Below, piece by piece: positions 1 to 13,179 of a stretch of DNA of 64,000 nucleotides. This stretch comes from the human T2T-CHM13v2.0 reference genome, Homo sapiens. Position numbers and translations under genes: made by a program. The notes beneath the pieces were generated by a model, which worked only from the letters and a program-made list of their open reading frames with translations, ran no database searches and was not told the DNA's origin. Location of the stretch: assembly GCF_009914755.1 (NCBI RefSeq), contig NC_060927.1; one strand, written 5' to 3'. Position 1 is the stretch's first letter. Every line of letters begins with the position of its first letter.

Positions 1-30
1 CGATTTTGATACAGTTGCCATAATGGAGTG

Positions 31-380
31 CAGTTGGCCCTCCACATCACTGGACTCCACATTTGTGGATTCAACCAATCATGGATTGAAAATATTTGGG
101 AGAAAAAAATGGATGGCTGCGTCTGTGCTATAAAGGTACAAACACTTTTTTTTCTTGTAATGATTCTCTAAACAATACAGTATTCCAACTATTTACATAG
201 CATTTACATTGTATGAGACATTATAAGTAATCTAGAGATGATTTCACATATATGGGAAGATGTGCATAGGTTATATGCTAATACTACACTATTACACTAT
301 TAAGGGACTTGAGCATCCACAGATATTGGTATCACAAAGTGTTCTGGGACCAATCCCCCCTGGATACTGAGTGCCAACTG
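31..380 (-). mobile_element. MER2 (TcMar-Tigger MITE), full length
   Basis: Terminal inverted repeats cagttggccctcc... / ...gagtgccaactg followed by TA; diagnostic internal tatttacatagcatttacattgta...agtaatctagagatg. Confidence 0.9.
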
Positions 381-1647
381 TATATCTGTGCCATACTTTT
401 GTATCAATTTTTGTGTGTTTAGTTGTATAAAATATTTTCAGGTTGTAATCCTAAATCACCTACTTGTTTACACATTTTTCACTTAATATAACACATATAA
501 TAAAAGGATCTCTTACATCCTCAAATGTTAGTTGAGAATGTGATATTTAAAACAAAAGTTACATAGCATTTCATAAATCAAACTTGTTACTCAATACTCA
601 GAATTGAGAATTAAAATGGGTTCTGTCAGAGATTGAGGGGCAGTTTGCTGAACTCTTTTCAGAAAAGAAATCTGTTTGGGTTTGCTGTGCCTTCATCTTA
701 CCACTTCAGATCCCCTTAACTTGAGAAATTTCCCAAAGAATTTATCCTCTGAGTTTGGTGAGGAAACCCAGAGACAGGGGACCAGGGTCCTTCTCTTTGC
801 CAGGCAAGGGTGACCTCATTCTAAGATGATCCCTTTCCCATGCTGACTGGGCTCTTCTCACCTAGCATAGGCCTGGACAGGCTGGTCTTCGTGGTCCCTA
901 TCTCACAGTCTTCCCAGCAATACTAGTGGGGTTCAGGTATTCACCTACCACCACTGCCGGCACACAGACAGTGGATGTTACTAGGTTCTGCAGGGACGTC
1001 TTTCATATGTAATGCACATAGGCTGTTCCCTCACCTGCCTATCACTGTAGTCTGGCTGTCTTCCTTTCAATCTTGTATATAGACGTTTCCATGTTTTTCT
1101 GCTGGCAATTATGTCTAGTATTCCTATTGCCATTTTGCCTGGAAGTCTCCGAAACATTTTGTGCATATGTGGCTTAAGTTCCACATCAAATGGAAATTCC
1201 AAGCCATACTAAACTTATTTTTTAAATCACTATTGACTAATTATATTACCTTATTTCTTCATGATTTTGACATACGTTTTTATGACTATTTCTGGCATAT
1301 AAAATACAATTGAATCAGAATTAAAACACATTTTCTAATTAGAGTATTATAAGTTGTAGGATGTGTCTCAGTCACTACTCTGTTGGGATTTGCCTTTTAT
1401 TTCTTATTAGAATGATAGATGCTGTTCAGCTTTCAACATAAACAGCTCACCCTAAAAAATGAGGGTCTTGCTTAGAGGAAAGTAGATGAAAGAAGAAAGA
1501 TATCGACTTACTTGGGCTTACTATGGGTATTACTGATTATCATAGAGAAAGATGCCTGCACAGGATGAGGTACCTCTTGAATTATGTTGTGATCTACGTT
1601 AAGGAACAGAAAGATCATCTAAGTTTCCCATGGCCAGTAGCCACCCA

Positions 1648-2120
1648 TCAGTTCATTCTATACATATTTAAGACATGCCTATATGTGTCAGGCACTATAC
1701 TAGGCTCAGAGAAACAAACTGTGAACAAAATATAAACACTTGTCTCATGGATAATTACTTATAAGAACAATAAATAAATGCATACCATGTCAGGTGGTTA
1801 TAAGAGCCATAAGCATATATAAACTGGGGTAATAGGACAAAGAATGAAATAAAGTTGCTATGTTACATAAGATGGTCAGGACAAACCTCTTTAATAAGGT
1901 GGCACGTGAGCAGAAACTCATAGTAAGGGAGGAATTAAGTAACATGGTTATATGAAGAAAGCTTGGTGTGGGCACAGGGAAGTAAAGTACAAAGTCCCCA
2001 GGGTGAGAGAATGCTGGCCTCTTAGAGGAACTGCAGAGAGGCCGACGTGGCCATAACAGAGTGTGCAGAGTAGTGTGATAGGAGATAAAGTGAGGAGGTC
2101 ATAGGAGCGAACTGGGCCTT
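1648..2120 (-). mobile_element. L2 (L2a-like) 3' fragment
   Basis: ttcattc...atgtgtcaggcactatactaggc...tggtcaggacaaacctct...acaaagtccccagggtgagag, the typical antisense L2 3' end. Confidence 0.75.
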
Positions 2121-2199
2121 AAATCCTTTCTTGCCTGCCACACCCCCATGACTGCTTTATTCCTATAGATCTTGAAGATGTTTATATCTTTTAGAGCTT

Positions 2200-2372
2200 T
2201 CTTTTTAAAAATTTGTATACATTTAAATGGTGCAAATGCAGTTTTGTTACATGGATATATTGTATAACGGTAAAGTCTGGACTTATAGGGTAACCCATCA
2301 CCCAAATAATGAGTATTGCCCCCACTAAGTAATTTCTCACCATTCACTCCCCTCCTACCCTCCCAGCTTTCA
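2200..2372 (-). mobile_element. L1 3' end (L1PB/L1MA-type)
   Basis: gcagttttgttacatggatatattg...cccatcacccaaata...aagtaatttctc matches the antisense L1PB/L1MA 3' terminus. Confidence 0.8.
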
Positions 2373-2574
2373 AGAAGAAACAAGACCTTAAGCTCATTAT
2401 CACTGTAATGTTAATTATCACTCAATTTCTTGGAGATTTATGGATGACCATCAAAAATTTGATTTAAAGAGGCTTATTGGTGATGAATTAAGGTGAGAAG
2501 GGTAACAAGGAAAAAAATGTGATAAAGTAGATGAGAGAGTAACAAAACAAAGTTTATTTGGCGTTGGAGACTAT

Positions 2575-2990
2575 TGTGTTTTGCCTACACAATCATTTCC
2601 CTTTAATTCCCCCTTTCTTTCCTGGAGGACTCCAATTTTGTTTTATAGTTCATTCCTATCTTCAGCCATATGCAGTTGTTTGCTCTGAGAAAATTATCTT
2701 TCTCCAGGCTCAGGAGTGGTGAATCTTAGGTAGTCTAATCCAGTCATGATAATTCCACTTTCCTCATCAGTAAATGACTTAAGAAATTCCATGGGACCAA
2801 ATTTGTCCAATGAAACATGAGTAGTAGTCTAGAGGAGGACCTTCTGGTAAAAGTATCCTACATTTGTAATAGATGGAGATTGAAAAGACAGATACCTCCA
2901 GATGTTGGTGGATTAGGATAACATGGCTGAAACTGCTGCAGCCATCTTGGGACCATCAGGGTGGGAATTACCATGCTGAGTAAGATTGCC
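2575..2990 (+). mobile_element. Old ERVL/MaLR-type LTR remnant (LTR33/MLT1J-like)
   Basis: Motifs gaaactgctgcagccatcttgggaccat and ccaatgaaacatgag, typical of ancient ERVL/MaLR LTRs. Confidence 0.5.
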
Positions 2991-4469
2991 ATGGTTAAGT
3001 GATTGGTCTTGGCATTCTCTGCTGAGAGAGATTTGCCTCTTGCTTCAGAAAGGAGTTCCGGAATCCACACCAAAAGAAGAGAAGTCTCAAGACTCCTAGA
3101 AAGAGATAAATAAGATACTTGGAAGTTGTAGTCTCACTTGTGATAACAAACATAAGAAATAATTTTTACATCTATCAGCAGAGAATCATCAAATATCATT
3201 AAATGTTACATACTCCAAAAATGCTTTTTGCAAAAGAAATGCTTACAATATGTTGTCAGAAGAAAGAAGTATATGAAAATTTTATAAAATCTCAATAAAA
3301 TAATGCTTTTATCTGGATCTCACACATAAAATAGAAGGAGAGAGAGAAAATGAGAAATACATATTCATATATTCATATGGGAAAATGCCAGAAGCAAATG
3401 GACTTAACATTAATAGCAATTAGCTCTGGGTGATAGAATCAAATGGGATTATATGTGTAAATGTTTGTGTTTATTTTTATATAATTTTGCATTTCAACAT
3501 TTTATAGTAAAAGAGTAGAGCTTTTACAGTCAAGTAAAAGTTAACAATTTTTCAAAAATCAAATAAAGATGATCTCAGGTGTCCTGCAGGCCTTCTCTTA
3601 TACAATTTTTAAAGTCTGGGAGTCCTTTTTCTGAAACTGAGTGAGACCCTCAGTTAACCTTTGCCCCAGTCCAGCTCCTAAGTCAGATTCTAGCCTCAAT
3701 TTGAATACTTCATGGAAGTTGGATGTCTAAACTGTTCCAAAGAACTGATGAGATTCTCTGCAGTTCACCCATTCACTGCCTTTCTCTATCTCTTGGGGCC
3801 AACAGGCTATCCCTACAGTGAGTATGGAACTGTCAACTCAGGGGTGGCCTGGCCTTCTTAGGCTGCCCTAACTTTCCTAAACTGCATAGACTTAAAATGG
3901 TGGACTATGGACTTCATAAGGCCCTTCTCTTAGGTTATAACACTACCTACTGATGATCTGCACAAAACAAGAATGGTAGTGACAAGTTTTACTGCATAAA
4001 TATTTTTCTATCCCCAGGGCTAAGGCAGCATGAGGCTAAGCATGCAGATGATATCGCCAGGATTGCTGCATAGTACAAATTAGAATTCAAGTCAGCTTGA
4101 GTTACACAGGGGCTTGGGCCTCTAAGCTAATGTATGGTGACCTGCAGAGGCTAAAATAAGGCAGAATCTAGACTTTTCCACTAGTTATAAGACTGAAAAT
4201 AATTGCTGAGTCATTGGTAAAATACAACATTTAGAGCTAACATGTAATATTTCAGAATACACATCGCAGCAGTCTTATTCTTCCTATTTCCTGGCGTAAG
4301 CATGGCATATAATCTGTCAGCCTGTATGTAACGGAGCACTCTTGGCATAATATTTATCTGCTTCATGATAGGAAAGAAAATGAAATGGTGGCTGAACAGG
4401 CATACTGTGTTTTTATGGGGACAGTCTACTAGTGTGACTATCAGCATAGTGATGTCCCAAGTTGTCACA

Positions 4470-4990
4470 GTTTAGATTACTCTATAATCAATGTCTGAGG
4501 AAAAGACTTGGGTACAGATAGTTTGCTTGGGATGTGATGTCCTGAAGTAGGAGAGAGTGAGTGGGGATGGTGGGAGGACAATCCAATATAATGGTGTGTT
4601 ATCGAAGTCACTGCTAAAAGATTTTCAGCAAAATCCAAACCAAAACAAAAACGTAGAGTTGGTCAGTAGGGTCCAGTGTCACTGAAACTTCCAGAGAAGG
4701 TGCAAAGGACTCCCAGACTTGTCTGCCTGCAGGCTGGGAAACAGGAACATTTACCCACCAGCTCCTTTCCTATGCTCTTTGGTGCTGCATTGGTGCAATT
4801 GCTCTCTAGTTTCAGGCTACACTCCACCCAGGTATCCAGCATCTCTGAAAACCAACTCTGGGAGAAGGTCCTGGGGCAGAAGTAGAACACTATGTGGCAT
4901 TTGCTTGAGATGGGGTACTTTACGCAAGGAGAGTCTATGCTTTCATGGAACTGTTCCCTAGAGCTAAGGTGGCCAAGGGGATGTGACATG
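4470..4990 (-). mobile_element. ERVL LTR (LTR16-like)
   Basis: tctgaggaaaagacttgggtacagatagtttgcttgggatgtgat...ggtgtgttatc...catttacccaccagctcc resembles antisense LTR16. Confidence 0.55.
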
Positions 4991-5299
4991 GGCTACTAAA
5001 GATCCTGGTGATTTACATCCCTTAGAAATAGCATTTTGGGAGTCAGAGCTTGGACAAATTGGATTTGAACTATGTAGTCTGTATTTTAATTCATTTATTG
5101 AGTACCTATTAAGTTCTAGGTGCTGGGGAAACAGAAATGGATAGGATCCCTTTTAAGATTCTACTTTAGTACAGCAAATAATCTCCTTTAAATTAAATAT
5201 GTGACCTACTGTACTGAGGTATGCATAGGATGCCTAGTGAGGTTTCATGGGAAAGCAATTTTATCCTAGACTGATGAAGACTCTCAGCAGGTAAGAGTT

Positions 5300-5303
<4 letters not shown>

Positions 5304-5344
<41 letters not shown>

Positions 5345-5378
5345 ATACATATGTATATATATGTGTGTGGGTGTACAA
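5304..5378. repeat. (CA)n microsatellite grading into TA/TG
   Basis: Seen directly. Confidence 0.95.
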
Positions 5379-7240
5379 CTGGGTAATATGTGTACATGGC
5401 AGAGTAATGGTTGCCTGCATCATGTGAATTATTTATCCTTATTATCCAAATTCAAACTTACAGGCACTTTAAGATTTATGGAGTACAAAAGATCACACTA
5501 TAGAATGGCTTCAGTGAAAGCGTATTTTTCTCCCAATTCATATTTATGCTCTGGATACTTTTATATTTCTGATTTTCTGGTACCTATATTTATTGCAAAA
5601 ATAAAAAGCATTCATGAATCTTATTCCTAGGGCACAATTTGTATTCTGCAGAAGAAAACCTTTGCACCTGCCACTAAAATGCATCCACTTCTGGGGTGGA
5701 ATGCACCAGCTGTTCCCAGTCTCCAACGGCACGCCAGGCCGTTCAGCACCAAGAATGAGGCATCATATCCCAGGCAGATGAAACTGGTGAGGAAATTTCA
5801 AGTCGACAGAATGCAATTACCCAAATTGAAATTAGGCCAGGGGCATATCAGGAGGCCCTTCCCATCTGTTGGGGAAAAGGATCACCAGATATTTACTGAG
5901 GGCAAGTGGTCAGAATCTTAGCTTTAGGAATCATTTCAAAGGCAGAAATTTTAAAATATACCAAAGGAAAACTGCACCTGGTATAAAAATCATATCCCTT
6001 CTCTGGCAAATAAATAATATTAGGGCCTTGAGAAGCTCAGCCCTTTCCTGCTCTGGGAGAAAATAAATGTTTATGGATGGGGTGGTTAAATATTTCTACA
6101 TCAGCTACTCTTAGCAAGGACATGCTATAATGGACAATTGGTTATACTGGAACTGACAAAAAGAGATTTCCCAAACCAAACATATTGAATCCAATACATT
6201 TATCCCTGGTTATAATGGATAGAGCCTTCCATTATGAGCTTATGAAACAACACCATTCGATTTTTCTAGGGGCCTTGACATAAGCATTGTTTCTTTACCA
6301 GAAAAAATAAGCTAATTTTTAGAGTTCGTAGCAAAAATAAATAAGCTGTTGTTGTACAGGCCTTGACTAGTTCCCATGTGACATACATCAGAACCATAGA
6401 CTCTGCAGGTCCATTTGGTACAGGTACAGGGGTCTTCTGCCTGTAATCCCTGTCCTTGGTAACATTTGTAGCTTTCTCCTGGGAGGATGACTGGTGAGGG
6501 AATAGATGAATTTATCTTAGTCTTTGTACCATTGTAAACCCAAGCATTGGCATAAGGTCCACACAGCCCTTTAGAAATAAATGAATAAAGCATTTCACAC
6601 CAAATCATGCTTTGGGGGTAATCCATGTCCATCGTATCGAGCAAATAAACTGACTTTCTTTTATTGATTCCTCTCAAGAACTTGCCTTTTTTGGGGAATA
6701 AGAACCCAACATTTCCAGCCTGAGTGAGGAATAATAGAGGCACCTCTGGGCCAGACATCTTCTTTTCCAGCTGCTGCCTTTTGAAGATGTGGTGGCCTCG
6801 GGTTCCCACATGCCACACCCCAAAGTTGGTGCCAGGGAGTCTTCTCTGTACCATCCCTGCAAGTGGCTATTTGATAGCACATTGCTAATCCTGAAAAACT
6901 CTCACATCTCTTTCCCATTGGATGTAAAGAGGAAGGCAAAGAGTGAGCTGCATAATAAATCTTATTCAGTATTAAAAGAAAAAAAATTTTTTGTTGTTAG
7001 GGTGGTTCACTTTGCACTCTCTTTACTGGCTCAGAGGCTGCATGCATGTTGGGGAATATGAGGGAATGGCCCCAGCTGGAAGGGGTGAGACAAGTTTAAC
7101 TGTCAAATTTAATGCAGCTGCCCACTATGAGAGGGAAGAAGCCAGAGGAAGGCTATCTACAGGCTGAGTCTCTCACTGTCTCTTTCCCCCAGTGATGTCA
7201 CCCTTTACTCACCACTATGGCAGTTAAGATCAAGAGTCAA

Positions 7241-7400
7241 GGCCAGGTGCGGTGGCTTATGCCTGTAATCTAGTGCTTTGGGAGGCTGAGGTGGGAGGAT
7301 CGCTTGAGGCCAGGAGTTTGAGACCAGCCTGAGCAACATAGTGAGACCTCATCTCTACAAAAGGTAAAAAAACAAACAAACAAACAAACAAACAAACAAA
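7241..7400 (+). mobile_element. Alu monomer (FLAM_C-like) with (AAAC)n tail
   Basis: ggccaggtgcggtggcttatgcctgtaat...gagacctcatctctacaaaa, then (caaa)n; no right arm. Confidence 0.9.
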
Positions 7401-8056
7401 CAGGAGTCCCAAAGTCTCAGGGGCCTCACACTCACACTGTTTTCTCCACCACACAGTGCCAAACATTCCCAGAAAACCTCCTAAAATGAGCTCAGTACAA
7501 CCCATCCTGGTCATAAGTGGATACTGTTCTAAACTCTTAAGAGGTACAAGCATTTCATCACACTTGCTAAATGCTAACCTGAGCCTTGCCACATTTTTAC
7601 TAATTGGACAGAACGTATTTCTTAACATTTCTGTTTTTGATTCTTGTTAATTGGTGAGTACCAAAGTACATCTCTCACAGAGGAAAACAGAACATATTAG
7701 TTAAGGTTGATCCAGAACTCCCAAATGTTAAAACTTGGCTTTATTTAGAGGTTTAGCTTGTACTAATTACCCCTTAGCTTTACTAGCCCTATATAACAAG
7801 CTACCTTCTGCATATTTTATGTGAAAGCTGATTTTCTGAAAGGATGAGAGTTGTAGGAGCAAGGAATGAAATAGGTGCTAAGTTTTATTTCCTGCTAAGT
7901 AATTCTCCTCAAGGTGGGTAAACTTTTAGTAGTTAAATTGCTAAAAACAAAGATTCTACACTACAAGAACAAATCTCCAGTGACAATTATTTGTCTGTGT
8001 TCTTAGCATTTATGAGTCTCAGTAAACAGTCAGTACATTTATGTTCCCCCCATTAC

Positions 8057-8260
8057 CTTCGGTCATAAACTTCCTTAAAGGAAAACGAATAATTATGTTT
8101 CCTGACTGCATAATGAACATAAACATCCAGAATACTGAAGCCCTGGTGGGATGGATGGAGCATCTGGACTACCAGGGGTTTAACTGTTTTTGAGGCACTG
8201 GCAAAAGTGTCAGGCAGGCTGTATGGCCACAATTTAGTGCTGTTCATGCGGATGTCATCC
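8057..8260 (-). ncRNA. Candidate internal exon (204 nt) of an upstream antisense transcript
   Basis: Minus-strand acceptor attatgttttgccttctag|G at 8261 and donor AAG|GTAATG at 8056, in unique non-repeat sequence. Confidence 0.35.
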
Positions 8261-8489
8261 CTAGAAGGCAAAACATAATTTGTGGTGGTTTTTTTTGGGT
8301 GTCAGGGCCTCCCAGTGTAAAGTTGCTGGGAGGGGCTAGGAGTCTGGCAAACCCTCTGGCTCAGGTGCGACAACCTCATGTTGCTGATGTGAGCCCCGCC
8401 AGCCACCCCCTGGGGCCAGTGAGTGTACCCCTGTAGGCAGAGAGACGCAGGCTCATCTTAGTTTAATAGCAAGCGTATTGTAGCCGTCC

Positions 8490-8640
8490 AGGAATCTTGG
8501 AATCACAAGGTGACCTTCAATGACTAAGTACAACCTGCATTTTACACACAAGGCAACTGAGGCTCCAGCTGGGGGATTGATATTGCCAGGGACAGTCACC
8601 GCCAAGAAACCCTGCATGTCCTGATTTTGGGTTTGATACT
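8490..8640 (-). mobile_element. MIR fragment
   Basis: cattttacacacaaggcaactgaggct core. Confidence 0.5.
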
Positions 8641-8804
8641 CTTAAATTTCTTCCTCGGAGTCAGGAAGGTATGGTGCAGGTTAGAGAGTAAGGACTAGGC
8701 AAAGAAAACAGAGTTAAGAAAGCAAGTAAAGTAAATGTGAGGGAATTAAATTTTTCCTTTGTAGTTCGTGTGGGTTTACTCTCTGTACTGTGATCAGAAA
8801 ACAC

Positions 8805-8950
8805 AAGACCTACTATTTTGTGGCACAATAAGGTGACTATAGTTCATAATAACTTAATTGTATATTTTAAAATAATTTTTAAAATGTAATTGGATATCTC
8901 ATGTACCCCATACGTATATACACCTATGTACTCACAAAAATTTAAAAAAT
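8805..8950 (+). mobile_element. L1MA 3' end fragment with internal deletion
   Basis: ggtgactatagttcataataacttaattgtatatttt...tctcatgtaccccatacgtatatacacc, then an A-rich tail. Confidence 0.75.
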
Positions 8951-9750
8951 TAGATTTTTGTTTAAAATAAGAAAACACATCAATGCAACTTTTTTTACCA
9001 CTAGAAGTGTAAAAATGAAAATGAAGGAAAATAAGAAAATTTTCAGCACTTTTCTATCAGTGGTGAAAACTAGTGTTTTTAATCCTTAATTGACCCCAGC
9101 TGATATTTTTGTAAAACTAGAATGAAAATTACTAGAAAATGAAAAAGCATAAAGCAGACTTCCAAAATCCAAGTCCAACCTTTATTATAGACAAGAGACT
9201 AACAATTCTTTGGACAAATGACCATAAAGTTGCTAGACATGAATTCTTTATCCCAGACTCACTGGTCAGGGATGTGTAAATTTTGCCAGTCAGCACTTGT
9301 CTGCAGACCACACTTTGGGCAGCATTGCCCTTCATCTCCTTTTCTGTTCTGTTTTGCATATTTTTCTGGTCTCTCTGAATTGTACTTTTCTGATATCAGG
9401 GATGGGGATCTGGACATCTGTCATTCTAGATAGTACTTTATTGTGTTGAATAACAATTTAAGAAAACAATTTAAATTTTCCCGCATGCCAAAAGGAAAGA
9501 CATCAGCTTAAAACCATAACGAAAACAGAGCTCCTGGAATACTGTATTGCTCTATATCAGAAACACCAATGGTGGTTTAAGTCTCTCTTAAAGGGCAGTT
9601 AATTTGGGGACACTTTTGGTTTACACAGTTTAAGTGTAAAAACGATAGAAAATATTAACCATTGTCAATTGTCATTCCATTTAGAGACTCCGTCAAATCT
9701 TCTGTGTCCTCTGAAAGGCCTGTAAACTGTCTCAGTACATCAGTTGGGAG

Positions 9751-9956
9751 TAGGGTGGCCAGATTTAGGCTATAAAAATACAAAATACCCAGCTAAATTT
9801 GAATCTCAGACAAGCAATGAATAATTTTTATAAGTTCAGTTCAAATTTTTTGAGGCATACCATATGTAATATTTTAGACATACTTATATTTTAAAACTTA
9901 TTATTTTCTGAAATTCAAATTTAACCAGCTGTCCTGTATTTTATGTGGCAATTCTA
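9751..9956. mobile_element. MER53 palindromic hAT MITE
   Basis: tagggtggccaga...aaatacccagctaaatttgaatctcaga ... tctgaaattcaaatttaaccagctgtcctgtattttatgtggcaattcta; self-complementary arms. Confidence 0.85.
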
Positions 9957-10453
9957 ATTAGTAGCCTTTTGGCATGGACTTCTGCCACTCTAGATTTTTC
10001 TGGGGAGAAGAATCGGCCCTGCCAAATCAAATATAGCCATATCGACCATATTTGCTTAGCTATTGGCAGCTGGAAGCTGGAAGTCAATAAAAGTGAAGAT
10101 ACTTCTTTCTGAAAAGAATGTGTTTCCCATGTGGCAAAGAAGTTACATATTTTTCCCTAGCTTGAGGCTTTCAGTTGCATGTTTTCTAATGCACTGCTCC
10201 GCTGATGGTACTAATCATGGTAGAAGGCATGCTTGTGAGAAGGACCACTTGGAATCTACCTCCTCCATCAGGACAAAATTCACTCCATGGGCTGCAAGTA
10301 GCGGAATTTGTGGTATCAAAACATGCAGAAGGCATAGTGAGAGACTGAAAAAAAAACCCACTATTGTTATAACACATTATAAACAAACTGCCAAGAGATG
10401 TATCAATATTTGAAAAAAATATAAATTTAGTGAGAAGTACATGGCAAAAGTCC

Positions 10454-10842
10454 TATATTAGGCTATTCTTGTATTGCTATAAGGAAATACCAGAGACTGG
10501 GTAATTTATGGAGAAAATAAGGTTAACTGGTTCATGATTCTGCAGGCTGTAGAGGAAACATAGGTCTGGCATCAGCTTCTGGGGAGACTTCAGGGAGCTT
10601 ACAATCATGGTGGATGGCAAAGAAGAAGTAGGCACAACACATGGCAAAAGCAGAATCAAAAGTATGGGGTGAGAGATGCCACACACTTTTAAATGACCAG
10701 ATCTTGTGAGAACCCTCTATCACGAAGACAGTACCAAGCCATGAGGGATCAGCCCTGATGATTCAAACACCTACCACCATGCCCCACAGGGGATTAAAAT
10801 TCAACATGAGATTGTGCAGGGACACATATCCAAACTATATCA
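10454..10842 (-). mobile_element. MST (MSTA/MSTB) MaLR solo LTR
   Basis: tatattaggc...attgctataaggaaatacc...gacacatatccaaactatatca; near-TSD agtcc/agtgc. Confidence 0.88.
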
Positions 10843-11219
10843 AGTGCAAAGGTAGAATTAGAATGTTAAAAGTGAAAATATTGCATACTTATTCAGGTTT
10901 AAACCTTTCAAAGACTTATCCTTTGCCATTCATTGGTAGCTGTTATTATTTCATTAAGTGATATTTGTCTTTATGTCTTAAATGAGAATTTTGACATCAT
11001 TTTGATGTAGAACTAATGCTCCCAGATTTTAAAGAAAGACAAACTTTTCTTAAATTGATGTTTGGTTCAGATAGAGAGGAAATGACTAAAGTACACATGT
11101 AATTTATTTTTCTATTGTCACCTCTGGGCTTTTAAAAATGTCCTCTCAGATAATAATAAAAATCTATACTTTGGAATACACTTACCCTAATATTTCTTTT
11201 AAAATAATGTTCACTTTAA

Positions 11220-11720
11220 ATAGTGAAATAACATGTTCATTTTAAGATAAATTGGAAAATGCCAAAATTTATCAAAAAGAAAAGTAAAATCACAAAATAC
11301 CTAACCACAGAGGAAACAATTCACTGTGGTTATTTTGGTATTGTTCTTCCATTCTCTTTGTATTTCATAGTTGAAAACCTGCATATATAATATCATATTC
11401 TGATTTTTTTCCATTAGTTAATCACCCTAAACATTTTCCATATTGATAAATTTTTTCTCAGTATCATTTTAATGGTTGAATCATAATTTATTCATTGGTG
11501 ATTTATTTAACCAACCTGCTAGGCCTGGACATCAGGTTACTCCAATTACTTACACTTAAAATGTTAATCGGATGATCTATTTTAGATTCTTAGAACTGAA
11601 ATGACTGGAAAATGATCTTTAAGACTATATATTTTGTCTAAATTATATTAGAAGCATTATAGATATTTATTAGGAATGTATTAGAGTGCCCATCTCACTG
11701 ACTTTTATAGCTGCCTTATT
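11220..11720 (-). mobile_element. Ancient L1ME-type 3' fragment
   Basis: Degenerate antisense L1M 3' UTR motifs (aaaatcacaaaatacctaaccacagag; atttatttaaccaacctgct...ggacatcaggtt). Confidence 0.5.
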
Positions 11721-11730
11721 TATCTTTCAT

Positions 11731-12147
11731 TATATTAGGATTTTCCAAAGAAGTGGAACCATATTTCATATATATATATATATGAGAGATTTCAAGGAAT
11801 TGGTTCACACAATTATTGTGGGAGCTGGAGGGTCCCCACAATAACCTTCAGGGTGAGCCAGCAGGCTGGAGACCTGGGGAAGAGTTGGTAAAGAGTCTTG
11901 AGTTCAGAGGCAGCCTGGGAGCAGAATTTCTTCCTTCTCCAAAGATCTTGGGTGTTTATGCTTAAGGCCTTCAACTGACTGATGAGGCCCACCTACATTA
12001 CGAAGGGTAATATGCTTTACTCAAAGTGCCCTAATTTAAATGTTAACCACATTTAAAAAATACCTCACAGCAACACTTAGACTAGTGTATGACCACACAA
12101 CTGGCACCATAGCCATGCCAGGTTGACAGGTGCAATTAACCATCACA
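11731..12147 (-). mobile_element. MLT2 (ERVL) solo LTR with internal (TA)n
   Basis: aaggaattggttcacacaatt...aaggccttcaactgactgatgaggcccacc...aattaaccatcaca. Confidence 0.85.
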
Positions 12148-12339
12148 TTTGTCATCCAGAGAGAGTTTTTGCTATGTGATAAAAAGACATGCTCTTTCTT
12201 TCCAGTTTTTTGTCTGTCTCCATGCAGACACAATTGACTTATTTAGAACTTATATGTATACTGTTTTTCCATTTTAAACACAAAGGTTATCTCATCCAAT
12301 TTTCAAATAAAGCATTTAAGATTGCCATCAGATGATGCT

Positions 12340-12560
12340 GAGGACTAAGCCTCTGGGCCCTACACAGACATGAGTCAGGAATATTCCTCTACCATGTTGT
12401 AACTGGGCAAACTTGGATAGGGTAGTTACATCCTCATCTTCTCAATTTCCTCTGTTGTAAAGTGTGAAAAATCGTGCCTACTTCCCAGGTACTTGTGAAT
12501 ATTTATTGAGGAAATATTTATATTACTAGTAGTATATACTGTGTAGTAGGCCATGTATTA
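12340..12560 (+). mobile_element. MIR fragment
   Basis: tctcaatttcctctgttgtaaagtg...tgcctacttcccagg. Confidence 0.5.
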
Positions 12561-12578
12561 ATATATTTTTTTCTTTTT

Positions 12579-12949
12579 TGTTTCAATCAGTTCAGGATGC
12601 TATAACAAATTACCATAGACTGAGTGGCTTAAGCAACAAACATTTATTTCTCACAGTTCTGGAGGCTGAGCAGTCCAACATCATGGTGGCAGCAGACCTG
12701 GTGTCTGATGAGGGCTTGCCTCCGGGTTTGCAGAAGGCAGGTCTTCTCATTGTATCCTCACATGGCAGAGAGGAAAGAGAGATCACCTCTTCAATATCTC
12801 CTCTTATAAAGACACTAATCTCATTCATGAAGCCTCTGCTCTACTAACAAAATTATCTCCCAAGGGTCCCACCTGCTAATACCATCACACTGGGGGTTAG
12901 AATTTCAACACATGAGTCTGGGGAGGATACAAGCATTCAATTCATAACA
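12579..12949 (-). mobile_element. MLT1A/MSTD-type MaLR solo LTR
   Basis: gctataacaaattaccatagactgagtggcttaagcaacaaacatttatttctcacagttctggaggctg...aataccatcacactgggggttag...cattcaattcataaca. Confidence 0.88.
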
Positions 12950-13179
12950 CTCTAACTTTTTTCTTTTTTAGCTCATCAACTCCAGTACCCATTTCCAACA
13001 GTCAGTGTACAAAAACATTTCCCTCTTCAGAATACCTAGTACTTTAACAGTGCTCCTTCCAGAAAACCTAACATTTTTTACCTTTTGGGTATAAGTCTCA
13101 TTTACCCTTTTATTTTTTCACAAAATAGTGTCCGTTAACCACTAGCACATAAATGAGATGATTTCAGAGAAACCATTTG

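Noticed and set aside
6312-6854. Longest ORF (180 aa, minus strand)
   Set aside because: No recognisable domain or family similarity, and its length is compatible with chance in 64 kb. At most it is a lncRNA-embedded ORF.
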